The notes: generated from the letters alone by a model not told the origin. A stretch of DNA of 64,000 nt from Candidatus Multivoradales bacterium (GCA_965248055.1 CBDFIJ010000004.1:384001-448000); one strand, 5' to 3'. Shown: positions 10,278 to 21,134, counted from the stretch's first letter. Made by a program: numbers and translations.

Positions 10278-11111
10278 TCAGTGGGATCCAACCTGGTGTG
10301 CACTCCCCTTGTCTTCTCGCCGATTCGTTGCTCGAACCAGATCCAAAACGATCGGTAGCAGATTGTCGGCCATGATCTTGGCCCCTTCCCGGTTGGGGTG
10401 AACTCCATCCCAAGTATGTCGATCGGCGTCGAACCCCTTACCGCCATCGACGCTCACCACCCGGGCGCTCGGCAGATCGAGGGAGATCGCCAACTCGCGC
10501 ACTAGCGCGCTGAGCTCACTGAGATGCTCAAGCCCAGGGAACGACGAGGGGATCGGCTCGACCAGAATCACCGACACATTGGGCAACGACCCTCGCAGCA
10601 GCTCCACCATCGACGCTAGATCTTGCCCCACCGTCACTGGGCCCTCGCCTTGACCCAAGTCATTGTGTCCGAGATGGATAATCGCTAGATCCGCGAACTC
10701 AAACGGCACTCCCCGCTGCCAGCGCCGCAAGACTTCAGCGGTCGCCCAACCCCAATATGCCTCATGATGCTGCCCGTCGTGGCGGCCAGAGCCGTCGAAA
10801 GCTCCCTGCTGCGAACCAACGAATTCCACTTCGATTCCCGCACGGGCTATCCCTTCAGCCAGCCAGGGTCGATAACTCTCTCGCGCCGAGCGCCCTTGGC
10901 TGATCGAGTCACCTACAACAACGACCTTGATCGGCCGTGGATTCGCCCCCGATTCAGCACCCCCACTCTCTGAGCTTGGTCCGCAAGCAATCGTCATCAG
11001 CAACACAGTGGATCCCAGTACGGTGACCAGTACGGTGACCAGTACGGTGACCAGTACGGTGACCAGTACGGTGACCAGTGCAATAACCAAGGCAATAAGT
11101 TGTCTGGACAT
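10278..11111 (-). CDS. SGNH/GDSL hydrolase, exported or lipoprotein
   Basis: VGDSIS block I, HLGHND block III, DGVHPN block V; long hydrophobic N-terminus ending TIAC. Confidence 0.85.
   Translation of the reverse strand: MSRQLIALVIALVTVLVTVLVTVLVTVLVTVLGSTVLLMTIACGPSSESGGAESGANPRPIKVVVVGDSISQGRSARESYRPWLAEGIARAGIEVEFVGSQQGAFDGSGRHDGQHHEAYWGWATAEVLRRWQRGVPFEFADLAIIHLGHNDLGQGEGPVTVGQDLASMVELLRGSLPNVSVILVEPIPSSFPGLEHLSELSALVRELAISLDLPSARVVSVDGGKGFDADRHTWDGVHPNREGAKIMADNLLPIVLDLVRATNRREDKGSAHQVGSH
11015..11079. repeat. Perfect 12-bp tandem repeat CCAGTACGGTGA x5.4, encoding (VTVL)n
   Basis: Read directly from the sequence. Confidence 0.95.
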
Positions 11112-11245
11112 CTTGGCTGCTTCAAGCGCTTGACCGCCTAGGTCCAGGCCACACTGTCGCATTCCTGGAGGAAACGAATACTCTCATGCTGAATGTTCTG
11201 AGGTAGCTGTCCCAGTGTTCAAGTCGTCCTTGGCACCAGACACAT

Positions 11246-11785
11246 TTAGAGCTTGCGCCACATGTAGATCTTGCTGGCATAGCCACCATCCAAGGCAATC
11301 GCGCACGGTTCATTGCCATATTCGGCAAATCCATTCCTCTCATAGAGTTCTCGAGCCGCCTGGTTTCCCTCCGTGACCGACAGTTGCACGATACTGACCC
11401 TGTTACGCCGCTTTGCCTCTTCCATCACCGCGTCGATTAGTCGCGCGCCGAGTCCGGAGCCGCGATGCGCCTGCCTCACGTACAGGCCATAGAGCTTCGC
11501 TTTGTGCCGGATCTTTTCGCGAGCGTGAAACTCCAACCCAGCGACACCGCACAGGTCACCGTCGCAACGCACACCAAACACCACACTTCGAGCCTCAGAC
11601 GAATCGCCCAGGCGCGCCGCCCACCAAGATATCGGCAGAGCCACGCGATCCTCTACCGTCGCGGTAAATGCCTCTGGATGAAGTCGATAGCCTTCCAGCA
11701 TCAACTCGCGGTACGCGAGAGCATCGCCAGCGCTCAACTTTTCCGGTTCTTGTTTCTCAAGACCTAGTGTTTTGCTTTTCATCAC
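11246..11785 (-). CDS. GNAT acetyltransferase
   Basis: HKAKLYGLYV, HRGSGLG motif A, NQAARELYERNGF. Confidence 0.85.
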   Translation of the reverse strand: MMKSKTLGLEKQEPEKLSAGDALAYRELMLEGYRLHPEAFTATVEDRVALPISWWAARLGDSSEARSVVFGVRCDGDLCGVAGLEFHAREKIRHKAKLYGLYVRQAHRGSGLGARLIDAVMEEAKRRNRVSIVQLSVTEGNQAARELYERNGFAEYGNEPCAIALDGGYASKIYMWRKL

Positions 11786-11855
11786 TCGTTCAGATCCGTA
11801 ACCCTGCTGCCGTTGGTTACGCTGAGTAGCCCAAGGAAGCCCGCGGCGCCGTTGC

Positions 11856-12566
11856 CTATTCGAAGACTCGCTTCAGCAGCTCTGTAGTCCTCGCAATTGG
11901 GTCTTCGCGAATTCTCTTTTCCTCTTCGCCCAGGATCGTGAACAGACCACCCATCGCTTCCTCCGTGACGTAATCCTCAAGATCGATTGCAGGCTTGGAA
12001 ACAAAGGGTAACTGGTTGTAGCTGTCGGCCAGGTTCCGGTAAAGACGGGCTAACCCCACCTCACCCATGGTGCTAACAACGATCGGTTGAAACTTGCTAC
12101 GGATCTCCACCGACGTCCTCTGCTGCAGAAAACCGGTTGCGGCGGTCTCGCCCGCGCGCAGAATCCCCATCGCATCGAGAAAGGAAAGACTCCGAATCTG
12201 GTTCCAGAAGATCTCCCTTACTTCACCTGCAGCCTCCTCCGCGGCTCGGTTCATCCCTACCTCCAACTCGTCGACCTGACGCTCCAAGCCAATTTTGCGC
12301 AGTGCGTCGGCCATGTCTTCGAGGTCATTGGGGATGGCGATCCGAATCAGGGCGTTGCCGAGAAAACCATCGACGACCGAAGTACGGTCAATACTTCTCT
12401 GGGTGCCGATCTCCAACGCCTCTCTGAGTCCGGCAACCACCGTATCGCGGTCAAGGTCGGCTGAGTCGCTAGTGACAGCTTCGAAAATGTCTTCGAGCGG
12501 TATGCTCGCACAAGCCAAGGACAAGGGTGCCACAAGGATTAGCAGCAAGATATAGAGCTTCTTCAT
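11856..12566 (-). CDS. DUF4197 lipoprotein
   Basis: LSLAC lipobox; GLREALEIG, MNRAAEEA, EEKRIREDP...LLKRVF. Confidence 0.85.
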   Translation of the reverse strand: MKKLYILLLILVAPLSLACASIPLEDIFEAVTSDSADLDRDTVVAGLREALEIGTQRSIDRTSVVDGFLGNALIRIAIPNDLEDMADALRKIGLERQVDELEVGMNRAAEEAAGEVREIFWNQIRSLSFLDAMGILRAGETAATGFLQQRTSVEIRSKFQPIVVSTMGEVGLARLYRNLADSYNQLPFVSKPAIDLEDYVTEEAMGGLFTILGEEEKRIREDPIARTTELLKRVFE

Positions 12567-12755
12567 CGCCCTATTCTAAATCCAAAGACTGATTACATTA
12601 ACTCGACTACCGCCTAATGAGGCACCTATTTTCGCCACCGATTGTTGCTGTCCGCTTCTATTCCGGGACGAGCGACGCTCCAGGTCGTATCGGAGCCAGT
12701 GCATATGCCTCGCGCTCAAGAAAGTTGTCCAGGCACCGCCGATCTCGCATTGATT

Positions 12756-12783
12756 GGGGACACAATACTTTGTTTGTGTCCCC
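12756..12783. repeat. 28-bp hairpin GGGGACACAATACTTTGTTTGTGTCCCC
   Basis: Exact reverse complement of 43993-44020. Confidence 0.9.
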
Positions 12784-12897
12784 CTTAGAGGGCTGCCCTC
12801 TCTCTTCGGGTGATTTGTGGCAGGCAGGCGACGGATTGGCCACGGCCAATACTGTCTATTCTTCAACTAGTCCGGCCTCGCGTTTCCCCGCTTGAAA

Positions 12898-13218
12898 TCA
12901 TCTCTTGAGCAGCAGCAGAAGCATGACCACGGCGGTCTTGGTCTCGACACTGTGCTTCAACCCTGGCGGCATATGAACCCAAGTGCCCGGTTGTGCTTCG
13001 ACGTTATCGCCTCCGAGCGTCAAGCTGGCCTCACCTTGGATGAAGTGCAGGATGGCGGGCATCGATGCCGTGTGTTCTGAGAGTTCTTCACCCTGCCCGA
13101 AGCCGAAGATCACCGCCTTCACGTCATCGTTACTAAACACCGTCCGGGTAAGGATTCCGTCGGCGGGCGGTTCGACTTCGCGAGCAAGATCGACAATATG
13201 TGTGTAGTTGTGACTCAT
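12898..13218 (-). CDS. Cupin domain protein
   Basis: GEELSEHTA and VHMPPGLKHSV cupin motifs. Confidence 0.85.
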   Translation of the reverse strand: MSHNYTHIVDLAREVEPPADGILTRTVFSNDDVKAVIFGFGQGEELSEHTASMPAILHFIQGEASLTLGGDNVEAQPGTWVHMPPGLKHSVETKTAVVMLLLLLKR

Positions 13219-13434
13219 CGTGATTCGGGTTCCCCAGTGGTCCAAAGCGAGTGGTCCAAAGTTGCTATTTCTCTAGTAGCTATTATTTCAATTATTCTGG
13301 CACCTGCTTGGGTCCAAATAGACATGACCACCTCGCAGGTAAGCCCAGGCGCTGGCCAAGAAATAGACCGGCAAGAACAACGGCCCCCAGCGCTGGTACC
13401 GGATGAATTCTTTCGGTGCCACCCGAATCATCGG

Positions 13435-14763
13435 CTACCCCGCTCGCGCCACGCCTCGGCTGACCACCATCATCGTCATGTCGTCGGCCTGAGGTGCCTT
13501 GCCACAGAACGCCAAGACGTCGCCCACCGCGCGGTCAATTAACTTAGGTGGCGCGATATCGCCCTTTTGGTCGAAAAAACTCTCCAGCCGTTCTTCTCCA
13601 TACTCCTCGTCGGCAGGATTTGCCGCCTCGGTGATGCCATCGGTAAACAGCAGTACCCGAGCGCCATCCTTGAGCTCGACCGCCTCTTCCCTAAACGGCG
13701 CACCGTCAAAGGAGCCGAGCACGACACTGGTGGAACCGAGCCGTGCGAATCCCGAGTCGTCGTACAGATAAGGTGGATTGTGACCCGCGTTGACGTAGCT
13801 CAGTTGTCCGGTTGAAGGATCAAGCTCGCCATAGAAGAACGTGATCATCTTGTTGCTCGGCGTGTTGGCGACCAGATAGGTGTTGAGCTTGGCAACCAGT
13901 TCGGCCCCCCGCAGGCCGGAGGAGATCAAACTGCGCAGACTGCCCTGCAGCAGTGCCATCAGCAAGGCCGCCGGCAAACCGTGTCCCGCCACATCTGCCA
14001 GGACAAAGGCAATCCGCCCGTCTCCCAATTCGATGACGTCGTAGTAGTCGCCGCCTACCGAGTCGGCCGGCCGCATTTCGGAGTGAATCGAGACTGGCCC
14101 CGCTTGATACTCGGGATCCGAAACCAACGAGAACTGGATCTCCCTGGCGGCTTCCATATCCGATTTCATCACCGCCCCTTCCCGAAAAACCTCAGCGACA
14201 ACGAAAAGGACCAAGCCAGCAAAAACCACCGACCATCTGAGATCGAACTTGGCATGAAGCGCAACTCCGGCGGTGGTGAACTCACCAACCACCAATCGAG
14301 TACTCCAGGCGGTCAAAGCCGCACGTATAACCTCGCCAACAATGACCGCCAACCCAATAAACCGCAGGTCCTTGGAGTTTCCTGGTGCAAAGGGGCGACT
14401 GTCGATCAACCGGCGAAACACCCTGCGAAGTCTGTGCAGGGTAATGACAATGACCGCCAGCACCGGGAACAAGATCAGAATCGGTAGCAAGAGCATACCG
14501 GCTCGCTCGCCTCTGATGGTCAGATTGCCAATGGCGTCCGAGATATCTGCCTCAACTTCTCGCTCCGGTGAACTGATTTCGTAGACCGATGCGTCCATGT
14601 CAAAGAAGACCGGGAAGTTCTGCGACACATTGCCGTCATTGGACAAGTGGGTAAACACCAGGACCGCGATCAGCAGTACGCCAGCCACGATGGACACATA
14701 GAACAAGACATCGATCACAACCTTGAGCGCGGACGAAAGGGACCGTTTGCCGAGGAGTTTCAT
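13435..14763 (-). CDS. SpoIIE/RsbU-type PP2C phosphatase with N-terminal DUF2975-like membrane domain
   Basis: VGGDYYD, DVAGHG, NAGH, FTDGITE, DDMT; N-terminal TMs with PF..N...LRFIG and VVAEVFREG. Confidence 0.85.
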   Translation of the reverse strand: MKLLGKRSLSSALKVVIDVLFYVSIVAGVLLIAVLVFTHLSNDGNVSQNFPVFFDMDASVYEISSPEREVEADISDAIGNLTIRGERAGMLLLPILILFPVLAVIVITLHRLRRVFRRLIDSRPFAPGNSKDLRFIGLAVIVGEVIRAALTAWSTRLVVGEFTTAGVALHAKFDLRWSVVFAGLVLFVVAEVFREGAVMKSDMEAAREIQFSLVSDPEYQAGPVSIHSEMRPADSVGGDYYDVIELGDGRIAFVLADVAGHGLPAALLMALLQGSLRSLISSGLRGAELVAKLNTYLVANTPSNKMITFFYGELDPSTGQLSYVNAGHNPPYLYDDSGFARLGSTSVVLGSFDGAPFREEAVELKDGARVLLFTDGITEAANPADEEYGEERLESFFDQKGDIAPPKLIDRAVGDVLAFCGKAPQADDMTMMVVSRGVARAG

Positions 14764-14797
14764 CTTGTATCCTTCGTGTTGTAAGTCGACGCCGATG

Positions 14798-16102
14798 TCA
14801 GACCAACTCGCGCACCGGTTGTTGTTGCAATGATCCAGGCAGTTCAAGCCCGTGACTGTGCGGCCCGGTCTCTCGTCTCCAAAGCGCGACGGCGAAGAAA
14901 AACGCACCTAGCGCTAGAGCCGCGAAAAACACGATCATCGCACTGTAGCCCGCCGGATTGTCCGCACTCGCGCCGTTAACATCGTTCAGCCAACCGGCGA
15001 CAACGTTGCAGATCGTCATCCCAGCGGCCTGCAGCATGAACAGCAAACCGTAAGCCGTCCCGAGCCGCTTTTTCTCGACCAGTTTGACTACCGAGGGCCA
15101 AAGCACTGCTGGCACCAGCGAAAAGCTGATTCCAAGCAGCACCGTAGTGACCCATAGGCCGCCCTTACCCATCACCAAACCGACAAATGACAGCGGCAAC
15201 AACAACGAACCGAAGACCATCGACAGCGCCCGGCGTCCGTAGTGATCAGCAATCCAGCCGAACAACGGTGTGGCAAAGATCGCGGCCAGAAACACATAAC
15301 TGTTGATCGTCGCCGCGCTCCCGAGGCTCAGCTCGTGAGCGTGCTGGAAGTACTTAATCGCGAAGGTGCTGCGGAAGGGAAAAATCACCGAGTAGAACAA
15401 CACGCACAGGGCGGCGATGTACCAGAACGAAGGTCCGAAACGTACTACATCTCGCCATCGCACCTGCTCGGTAACGCCAGGTTCCGAGGAGATTCCAGGG
15501 GGTGCCTTGCCTCGATCAACCCACCAGTAGATCACCGCGGCGAGCATGCTCAGCGTGGCAAAGCCAGCGGCCAGGCCCAACGGCGCCTGCCAGCCGCGAT
15601 CGTAGGCCGCACTGGCCCAGACCGGCGACAGATCTGCGAGGTATGAACCACCGCGGGCGATGGCCAGGCTCAGCGCCATAGCGAATGCCACACCGCCACG
15701 TGCGAACCAAAGCCCCAGAGCGACGGTAACGGCCACCAACATGGTCTCAGAGCCGATGCCAAACAGCAGGCGTCCAGCCGCCATAGTTATGAAGTCTCCC
15801 TGCCATGCCGTCAGCACGGCGCCAGCGAGACAAATCGCGGTGGTCCCCAGTGTCACGCGGGCAGCACCGAAACGGTCAACGATGAGGCCGCCGATCAACA
15901 CCAGGAAGATATTGGGCAGGCTGTAGATGGCATTGAGTGTGCCTATCTGGGTGTCGCTGAACCCAAGCTGGCTCTCCAACTGTTCGGCCACAGGGCCGAC
16001 AGCGTCGTAGACGTAGTAGTTACCGAACATCAACACACTGACAAAGGCAAGAATCCACCAGCGAGTGCTCGGGGCATCGGAAACAGGTTTGTGGCTGGAC
16101 AT
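14798..16102 (-). CDS. MFS transporter (MFSD1-like)
   Basis: 12 TM segments, GLIVDRFG and GWIADHYGRR MFS motifs. Confidence 0.85.
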   Translation of the reverse strand: MSSHKPVSDAPSTRWWILAFVSVLMFGNYYVYDAVGPVAEQLESQLGFSDTQIGTLNAIYSLPNIFLVLIGGLIVDRFGAARVTLGTTAICLAGAVLTAWQGDFITMAAGRLLFGIGSETMLVAVTVALGLWFARGGVAFAMALSLAIARGGSYLADLSPVWASAAYDRGWQAPLGLAAGFATLSMLAAVIYWWVDRGKAPPGISSEPGVTEQVRWRDVVRFGPSFWYIAALCVLFYSVIFPFRSTFAIKYFQHAHELSLGSAATINSYVFLAAIFATPLFGWIADHYGRRALSMVFGSLLLPLSFVGLVMGKGGLWVTTVLLGISFSLVPAVLWPSVVKLVEKKRLGTAYGLLFMLQAAGMTICNVVAGWLNDVNGASADNPAGYSAMIVFFAALALGAFFFAVALWRRETGPHSHGLELPGSLQQQPVRELV

Positions 16103-16358
16103 CCGGTGAGATTAGCCTAATTGACGCCGGTTTCAACAATGTGAGAAGACTCCGCAACGGCCCGAGAGAGTCGCGACAATCGCAGTCCGGCAGAGAAAGC
16201 ACCGACCACTCATGCCTGATGGAGGCCGACTCTCCTGTTGCCACTATTCGGATTGCGTCCATTTTCTAGCACCTATTTCTATTTCCAAGTATGTTTGTTT
16301 CTACAACAGGCATTTCTGCCTATCTCTGGCCGGCACCCCATCCAAGGCCGGCCTGGCA

Positions 16359-16381
16359 TTGAAACTCGGCCCGAGTTTCAA
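16359..16381. promoter_or_regulatory. Perfect palindrome TTGAAACTCGG-C-CCGAGTTTCAA, putative operator
   Basis: 11-bp inverted arms in the divergent MFS / ABC intergenic region, about 75 bp upstream of the adaptor gene. Confidence 0.5.
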
Positions 16382-16454
16382 CGTATCAATGCTTGCGCAC
16401 GGCAAAGGGTGAGCCGAATAGCGACAGCAACCATTCCCAGGAGGAGTATCAACC

Positions 16455-17690
16455 GTGAAACGTACCTTGATCATAGCCAGTATCGTTCTGGTCCTAGCGT
16501 TGGTGAGTTGGGTGTCTCTTAGCAATCGATCCAAGGATTCCGGTGGTGTCGAGGTAGAACTCGCCGAGGTATCCCGCACGACGGTTGTCGAGACGGTCAA
16601 CGCCACCGGCCGAATCCAGCCGGAAACCCAGGTCAATATCAGTGCCGACGTCAGCGCCAAAATCATCGCCTTGGAAGTCAACGAGGGTGACCCGGTCGAG
16701 AAGGGTGATCTCCTGCTCGAGCTAGACCGCGGCAACTTCGCCGCGGCGGTGGACAGCGCGCGGGCCAACCTAAATTCTCAGTTGGCAAACGAAGAAGTCG
16801 CAGCAGAAAACAGCAAGCAAGCCGACAGCGACTTCAGACGATCACAAGCTCTATTCGACCAGTCTCTCGAAACTCAGGCCTCGCTAGACGGTACCTCGGC
16901 GGCAGCCGAAGCTCGCAGAGCCGAACTTCGATCCGCGGGCGAACGCGTCAAGCAAGCCCGCGCCGCGCTCACCCAGGCTCAAGAGGACCTGTCGCGGACG
17001 AGGGTCACTACCCCGATCTCAGGAACGGTCAGTCAGCTCAACAAGGAGCTGGGTGAGATTGCCGTCGGATCGCAGTTCCAGGAGGACGTCATTATGGTGA
17101 TCTCCAACCTTGCAGGAATGGAAGTGCTGCTGGATGTCGATGAGAACGACATTGTTTCAATTTCCTTAGGCGACAAGGCGACCATTGAGGTCGACGCCAT
17201 GCCGAACCTAGCGCTTGCCGGAGAAGTTGTAGAAATGGCCAACACTGCCAAGGTAACAGCGGACGGATCAGCGGACCAAAAGACCGAGTTTCAGGTCAAG
17301 GCTGCCGTGCTCGACGAGAACCCCGCATTGCGTCCGGGGATGACGGCCTCTGCCGATATTGTGACGGAAACACGCGACAACACCCTTGCCGTACCGGTGC
17401 AGAGCGTGACTGTGAGAACCCTTGATCAACTCAGCGCCAAGGCAGACGACGGCGAGACCGAGAGCAACTGGACTCCGGACAAGGACGGCTTTGTTGAACT
17501 GGTGTGGGTGATCGAAGACGGCAAGGCAGTAGCTAGGCAGGTCAAGACCGGGATTCAGAGCGATTCCCACATCGAGATTCTGGAAGGCCTGAGCGAAGGG
17601 GACGAAGTTGTGGTCGGCAGCTACCGGGCGATCTCGAAAGATCTGGAGATTGGCGCCACAGTCACCACCGCGACCGGCGAGGAAGAGTAG
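16455..17690 (+). CDS. Efflux periplasmic adaptor (MacA/HlyD family)
   Basis: [41 protein letters not shown]. Confidence 0.9.
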   Translation: MKRTLIIASIVLVLALVSWVSLSNRSKDSGGVEVELAEVSRTTVVETVNATGRIQPETQVNISADVSAKIIALEVNEGDPVEKGDLLLELDRGNFAAAVDSARANLNSQLANEEVAAENSKQADSDFRRSQALFDQSLETQASLDGTSAAAEARRAELRSAGERVKQARAALTQAQEDLSRTRVTTPISGTVSQLNKELGEIAVGSQFQEDVIMVISNLAGMEVLLDVDENDIVSISLGDKATIEVDAMPNLALAGEVVEMANTAKVTADGSADQKTEFQVKAAVLDENPALRPGMTASADIVTETRDNTLAVPVQSVTVRTLDQLSAKADDGETESNWTPDKDGFVELVWVIEDGKAVARQVKTGIQSDSHIEILEGLSEGDEVVVGSYRAISKDLEIGATVTTATGEEE

Positions 17691-17695
17691 AAAGG

Positions 17696-18379
17696 ATGGC
17701 GACCACCATTGAGATGGATCAGATCACCAAGACCTACGGCATGGACCTAACCGAAGTCCAAGCGCTGCGACAGGTATCCCTGACCATCGAGAAAAACGAT
17801 TACGTTGCCGTCATGGGGCCTTCGGGTTCGGGGAAATCGACCTTGATGAACATCGTCGGCTGTCTCGACACGCCAACATCGGGTTCCTACTTACTGGAAG
17901 GCTTGGATGTCAGCACCTTGAAGGATGACCAGCTGGCCGAGATTCGCAATGAGAAGATCGGCTTCGTTTTTCAAACCTTTAACCTAATCCCTCGCTCCAC
18001 CGTATTCCACAATGTCGAGTTACCGCTCATCTATAAAGGAATCGGTGCCGCAGAGCGCAAGCAACTTACGGAAGAGGCGCTCGAAGCGGTTGGCCTCACC
18101 GATCGCATAACCCACAAACCCAACGAACTGTCGGGCGGTCAACGTCAGCGCGTTGCGATCGCCAGGGCACTGGTCAACAAGCCGTCTCTGTTGCTGGCGG
18201 ACGAACCCACCGGAAACCTGGACTCGGCAACCGGAGCCGAAATCATGGCCCTGCTGGCAGACCTCCAACAGAGAGGCAACACCATCATCTTGGTCACCCA
18301 CGAGCAGGAGATGAGCCGATTGGCGAAACGGATCGTAAGGCTACGCGACGGGATGATCGAAAGCGACGAGCAAAACTAA
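17696..18379 (+). CDS. ABC transporter ATP-binding protein (LolD/MacB-like)
   Basis: [32 protein letters not shown]. Confidence 0.95.
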   Translation: MATTIEMDQITKTYGMDLTEVQALRQVSLTIEKNDYVAVMGPSGSGKSTLMNIVGCLDTPTSGSYLLEGLDVSTLKDDQLAEIRNEKIGFVFQTFNLIPRSTVFHNVELPLIYKGIGAAERKQLTEEALEAVGLTDRITHKPNELSGGQRQRVAIARALVNKPSLLLADEPTGNLDSATGAEIMALLADLQQRGNTIILVTHEQEMSRLAKRIVRLRDGMIESDEQN

Positions 18380-18447
18380 TGCTTCCTCCTGTGAATACAA
18401 TGACGTCTGCGGCTTCGGCGTTTCCCCTCTCAGCAAGGGAGCACTAA

Positions 18448-19683
18448 ATGCGTGCTGCTGGGCAGGTTGGTGAAGCGATCAAGATAGCTGGCGGCTCCCT
18501 GCGCGCGAACAAGGGCCGCAGCTTCCTAACCGCGCTGGGAATCATCATCGGCATCATCGCCGTGGTCACGACGATGACCGCCGCCAACGGACTCTCCAAC
18601 AACTTCAAGCAGAGCGTTTCCGCCTTAGGCTCGGACGTACTCTATGTTTCGCGCACTCCTTGGGTGATGAGAGGAAACTTCTTCCAGTTCCGCAACCGCC
18701 CTCAAGTCAAACTGACTGAGGTCGAACAACTGACTCGTCGGCTGCCAGATGCATTGGCGGTCAACCCAACCATCGAGACTGGCAAAGCCATCAAGTTTCG
18801 CTCCACCAGCCAAGAAGATGTGTCCATCGTTGGCACCACCGACCAACACATGGTGATCTCGACGGCTAGCGTTGAGTTAGGCCGGTTCATGACCCCGTTC
18901 GAGGTCCAATCCCGAAAGAGGGTGGCTGTCATCGGCGAGAAGATCAAAGAACGGCTGTTTGAAAACACCGACCCTCTCAACAAGAAAATCAAGATCGGTC
19001 GCCACACCTTTCGCGTGGTCGGTGTGATGGAAAAACAAGGTGGCTCGAGTTTCTTTGGCGGCCCCGACCTGGACAGCCAGATCTACATACCAGTGACGAC
19101 GTTTGCGCGGGTATTCGGCGGCGCCAACAGGCAGATCAACATCGCGGTCAAGGCGCCGTCCCAAGCAGCGCTCGATGACTTTGAGTTTGAGTTGATCGGC
19201 GAAATGAGAAAAATCCGCAAGCTGCGCCCGCTTGAAGACGACAACTTCGCCATCAACCAAATGGACACGCTGGTGGGAATGTTCAACAACGTCATGGGGG
19301 TGGTTTTGCTGATCGGTCTGGTGATCACCACTATCTCGTTATTTGTCGGTGGCATTGGGGTGATGAACATCATGTATGTCTCGGTGACCGAGCGGACTCG
19401 GGAAATCGGCGTACGCCGAGCGATCGGCGCCAAGCGGCGCGCGATCATGGCTCAGTTCCTTTCAGAGTCGGTGGCGATCTGTGCAGTCGGTGGCCTGATC
19501 GGCTTGGCCGGGGCTTACGGTGTCACTGCCCTGATTAACAAACTGGTGATGCCCGCTGGGCTGTCTCCCGGAATCGCGCTCGTCGCGATTCTGGTTTCCG
19601 CAGTGGTGGGCGTGGTCTTCGGATTCCTGCCTGCTTGGAAAGCCGCCCGCCTCCACCCCATCGACGCACTACGCTATGAATAA
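18448..19683 (+). CDS. ABC permease, MacB/FtsX family
   Basis: RSFLTALGIIIG, GGIGVMNIMYVSVTERTREIG, PIDALRYE. Confidence 0.9.
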   Translation: MRAAGQVGEAIKIAGGSLRANKGRSFLTALGIIIGIIAVVTTMTAANGLSNNFKQSVSALGSDVLYVSRTPWVMRGNFFQFRNRPQVKLTEVEQLTRRLPDALAVNPTIETGKAIKFRSTSQEDVSIVGTTDQHMVISTASVELGRFMTPFEVQSRKRVAVIGEKIKERLFENTDPLNKKIKIGRHTFRVVGVMEKQGGSSFFGGPDLDSQIYIPVTTFARVFGGANRQINIAVKAPSQAALDDFEFELIGEMRKIRKLRPLEDDNFAINQMDTLVGMFNNVMGVVLLIGLVITTISLFVGGIGVMNIMYVSVTERTREIGVRRAIGAKRRAIMAQFLSESVAICAVGGLIGLAGAYGVTALINKLVMPAGLSPGIALVAILVSAVVGVVFGFLPAWKAARLHPIDALRYE

Positions 19684-19697
19684 AGGAACCGCTACCG

Positions 19698-20948
19698 ATG
19701 ATCTTTTTTGAAGCCTTCAAAATGGCCCTACGTTCGGTTCGCTCGCACAAGCTACGCTCGTCGCTCACCTTGGTGGGGATCATCGCGGGAGTGGCCTCGA
19801 TCATCGCCGTTATGACCGGAATCTCGGTCGTCCAAGCATCCATGGAAAAAGAGATGAGCGTCCTCGGATCGACCACTTTTCAGGTTCAGAAGTGGCCTGC
19901 GGGTGGCTTCAACAACGACGTCGAATGGCGCAAGATTCAGCGTCGCAAGCCAATCACGGTCGCAAACTCGGCGGCGGTTCGAGACAACGTCTCCTCCGTC
20001 GACCTGGTCGGGTCCGAGCTCTGGGGATACGGAGCAACCATCAAGTTTCGCGGGGAATCATCTGAAGGCAACGCCATGATCTGTGGCGGTACCAAAGAAT
20101 ATGCGCCCAACAACACTCACTACATCGAGTTTGGGCGCAATATTTCCGACGAGGATGTCAAAACCAAGCGAAAGGTCGTAGTCATCGGTTACGCACTAGC
20201 GGAACTGCTGTTTCCCTTTATCGATCCAATTGGCCACGACGTTAAGGTCGATGGCCGCAACTACAGAGTGATCGGCATCTTCGAACAAAAGTCCTCAGCG
20301 ATGGGTGGAAACTTCGACAACTACATTCTGATGCCGGTTTCTACCTTCACCAGCGCTTACGGGCTGCGCGGTGATATTCGCGGCGGGGAGCGCTCGGTCA
20401 ACATGACGGTCAACGCCAAGTCACCAGAACTGGTGGCGACGGCGATCGAAGAAACACGCGCCGTCTTGCGCCGCGATCGTGGAGTCCCAGCGCGCGAGGA
20501 AGATGACTTCACCATCTTCACCAACGATAGTCAGATACGGAACTTCAATGAGGCTACCGCTGGCGTCAAGGGTGGCGCCTTCGTCATCGGCATCGTCGCG
20601 CTTCTGGTAGCCGGCATTGGCATCACCAACATCATGTTGGTCTCGGTGACCGAGCGAACCCGCGAGATCGGCGTGCGCAAAGCGGTGGGTGCCAAGAGAA
20701 AGCACATCCTGCTGCAGTTCCTGCTCGAGGCAATCCTGCTGTGCAACGTGGGTGGAGTCATCGGCGTGCTGGTGGGGTTCGCATTGGGAAACATTGTTAC
20801 CTTCTTTACGCCGTTCCCCGCCAACGTCCCGGTCAACTGGGCCTGGATCGGAGTCATCTTCTGTACTGTTGTCGGCATTACCTTTGGCATGTGGCCTGCA
20901 CTGCGCGCCTCGCGCCTGCCACCAATCGCAGCACTCAGTCACGAGTAA
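19698..20948 (+). CDS. ABC permease, MacB/FtsX family (second paralogue)
   Basis: RSSLTLVGIIAG, NIMLVSVTERTREIG, PIAALSHE. Confidence 0.9.
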   Translation: MIFFEAFKMALRSVRSHKLRSSLTLVGIIAGVASIIAVMTGISVVQASMEKEMSVLGSTTFQVQKWPAGGFNNDVEWRKIQRRKPITVANSAAVRDNVSSVDLVGSELWGYGATIKFRGESSEGNAMICGGTKEYAPNNTHYIEFGRNISDEDVKTKRKVVVIGYALAELLFPFIDPIGHDVKVDGRNYRVIGIFEQKSSAMGGNFDNYILMPVSTFTSAYGLRGDIRGGERSVNMTVNAKSPELVATAIEETRAVLRRDRGVPAREEDDFTIFTNDSQIRNFNEATAGVKGGAFVIGIVALLVAGIGITNIMLVSVTERTREIGVRKAVGAKRKHILLQFLLEAILLCNVGGVIGVLVGFALGNIVTFFTPFPANVPVNWAWIGVIFCTVVGITFGMWPALRASRLPPIAALSHE

Positions 20949-21134
20949 GTAGACCGTCTCGGAACCGAATCGTCGCTCCCCATACTACGGCGGGCACTAG
21001 GTGCCATCAGGATCGTTGACCACCGTTGGAGCTTCTTGCAACTAGTCATCGACGCGCAACGCTCGGATCATCGAAGACTGCCGTCAGCTCACGCTTCCTA
21101 TTGAACTTCCACTGCTACAGTCCTGCCGCAACCA

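Noticed and set aside
16455-20948. Two-permease MacAB-type exporter as a novelty
   Set aside because: Common arrangement in diderm bacteria.
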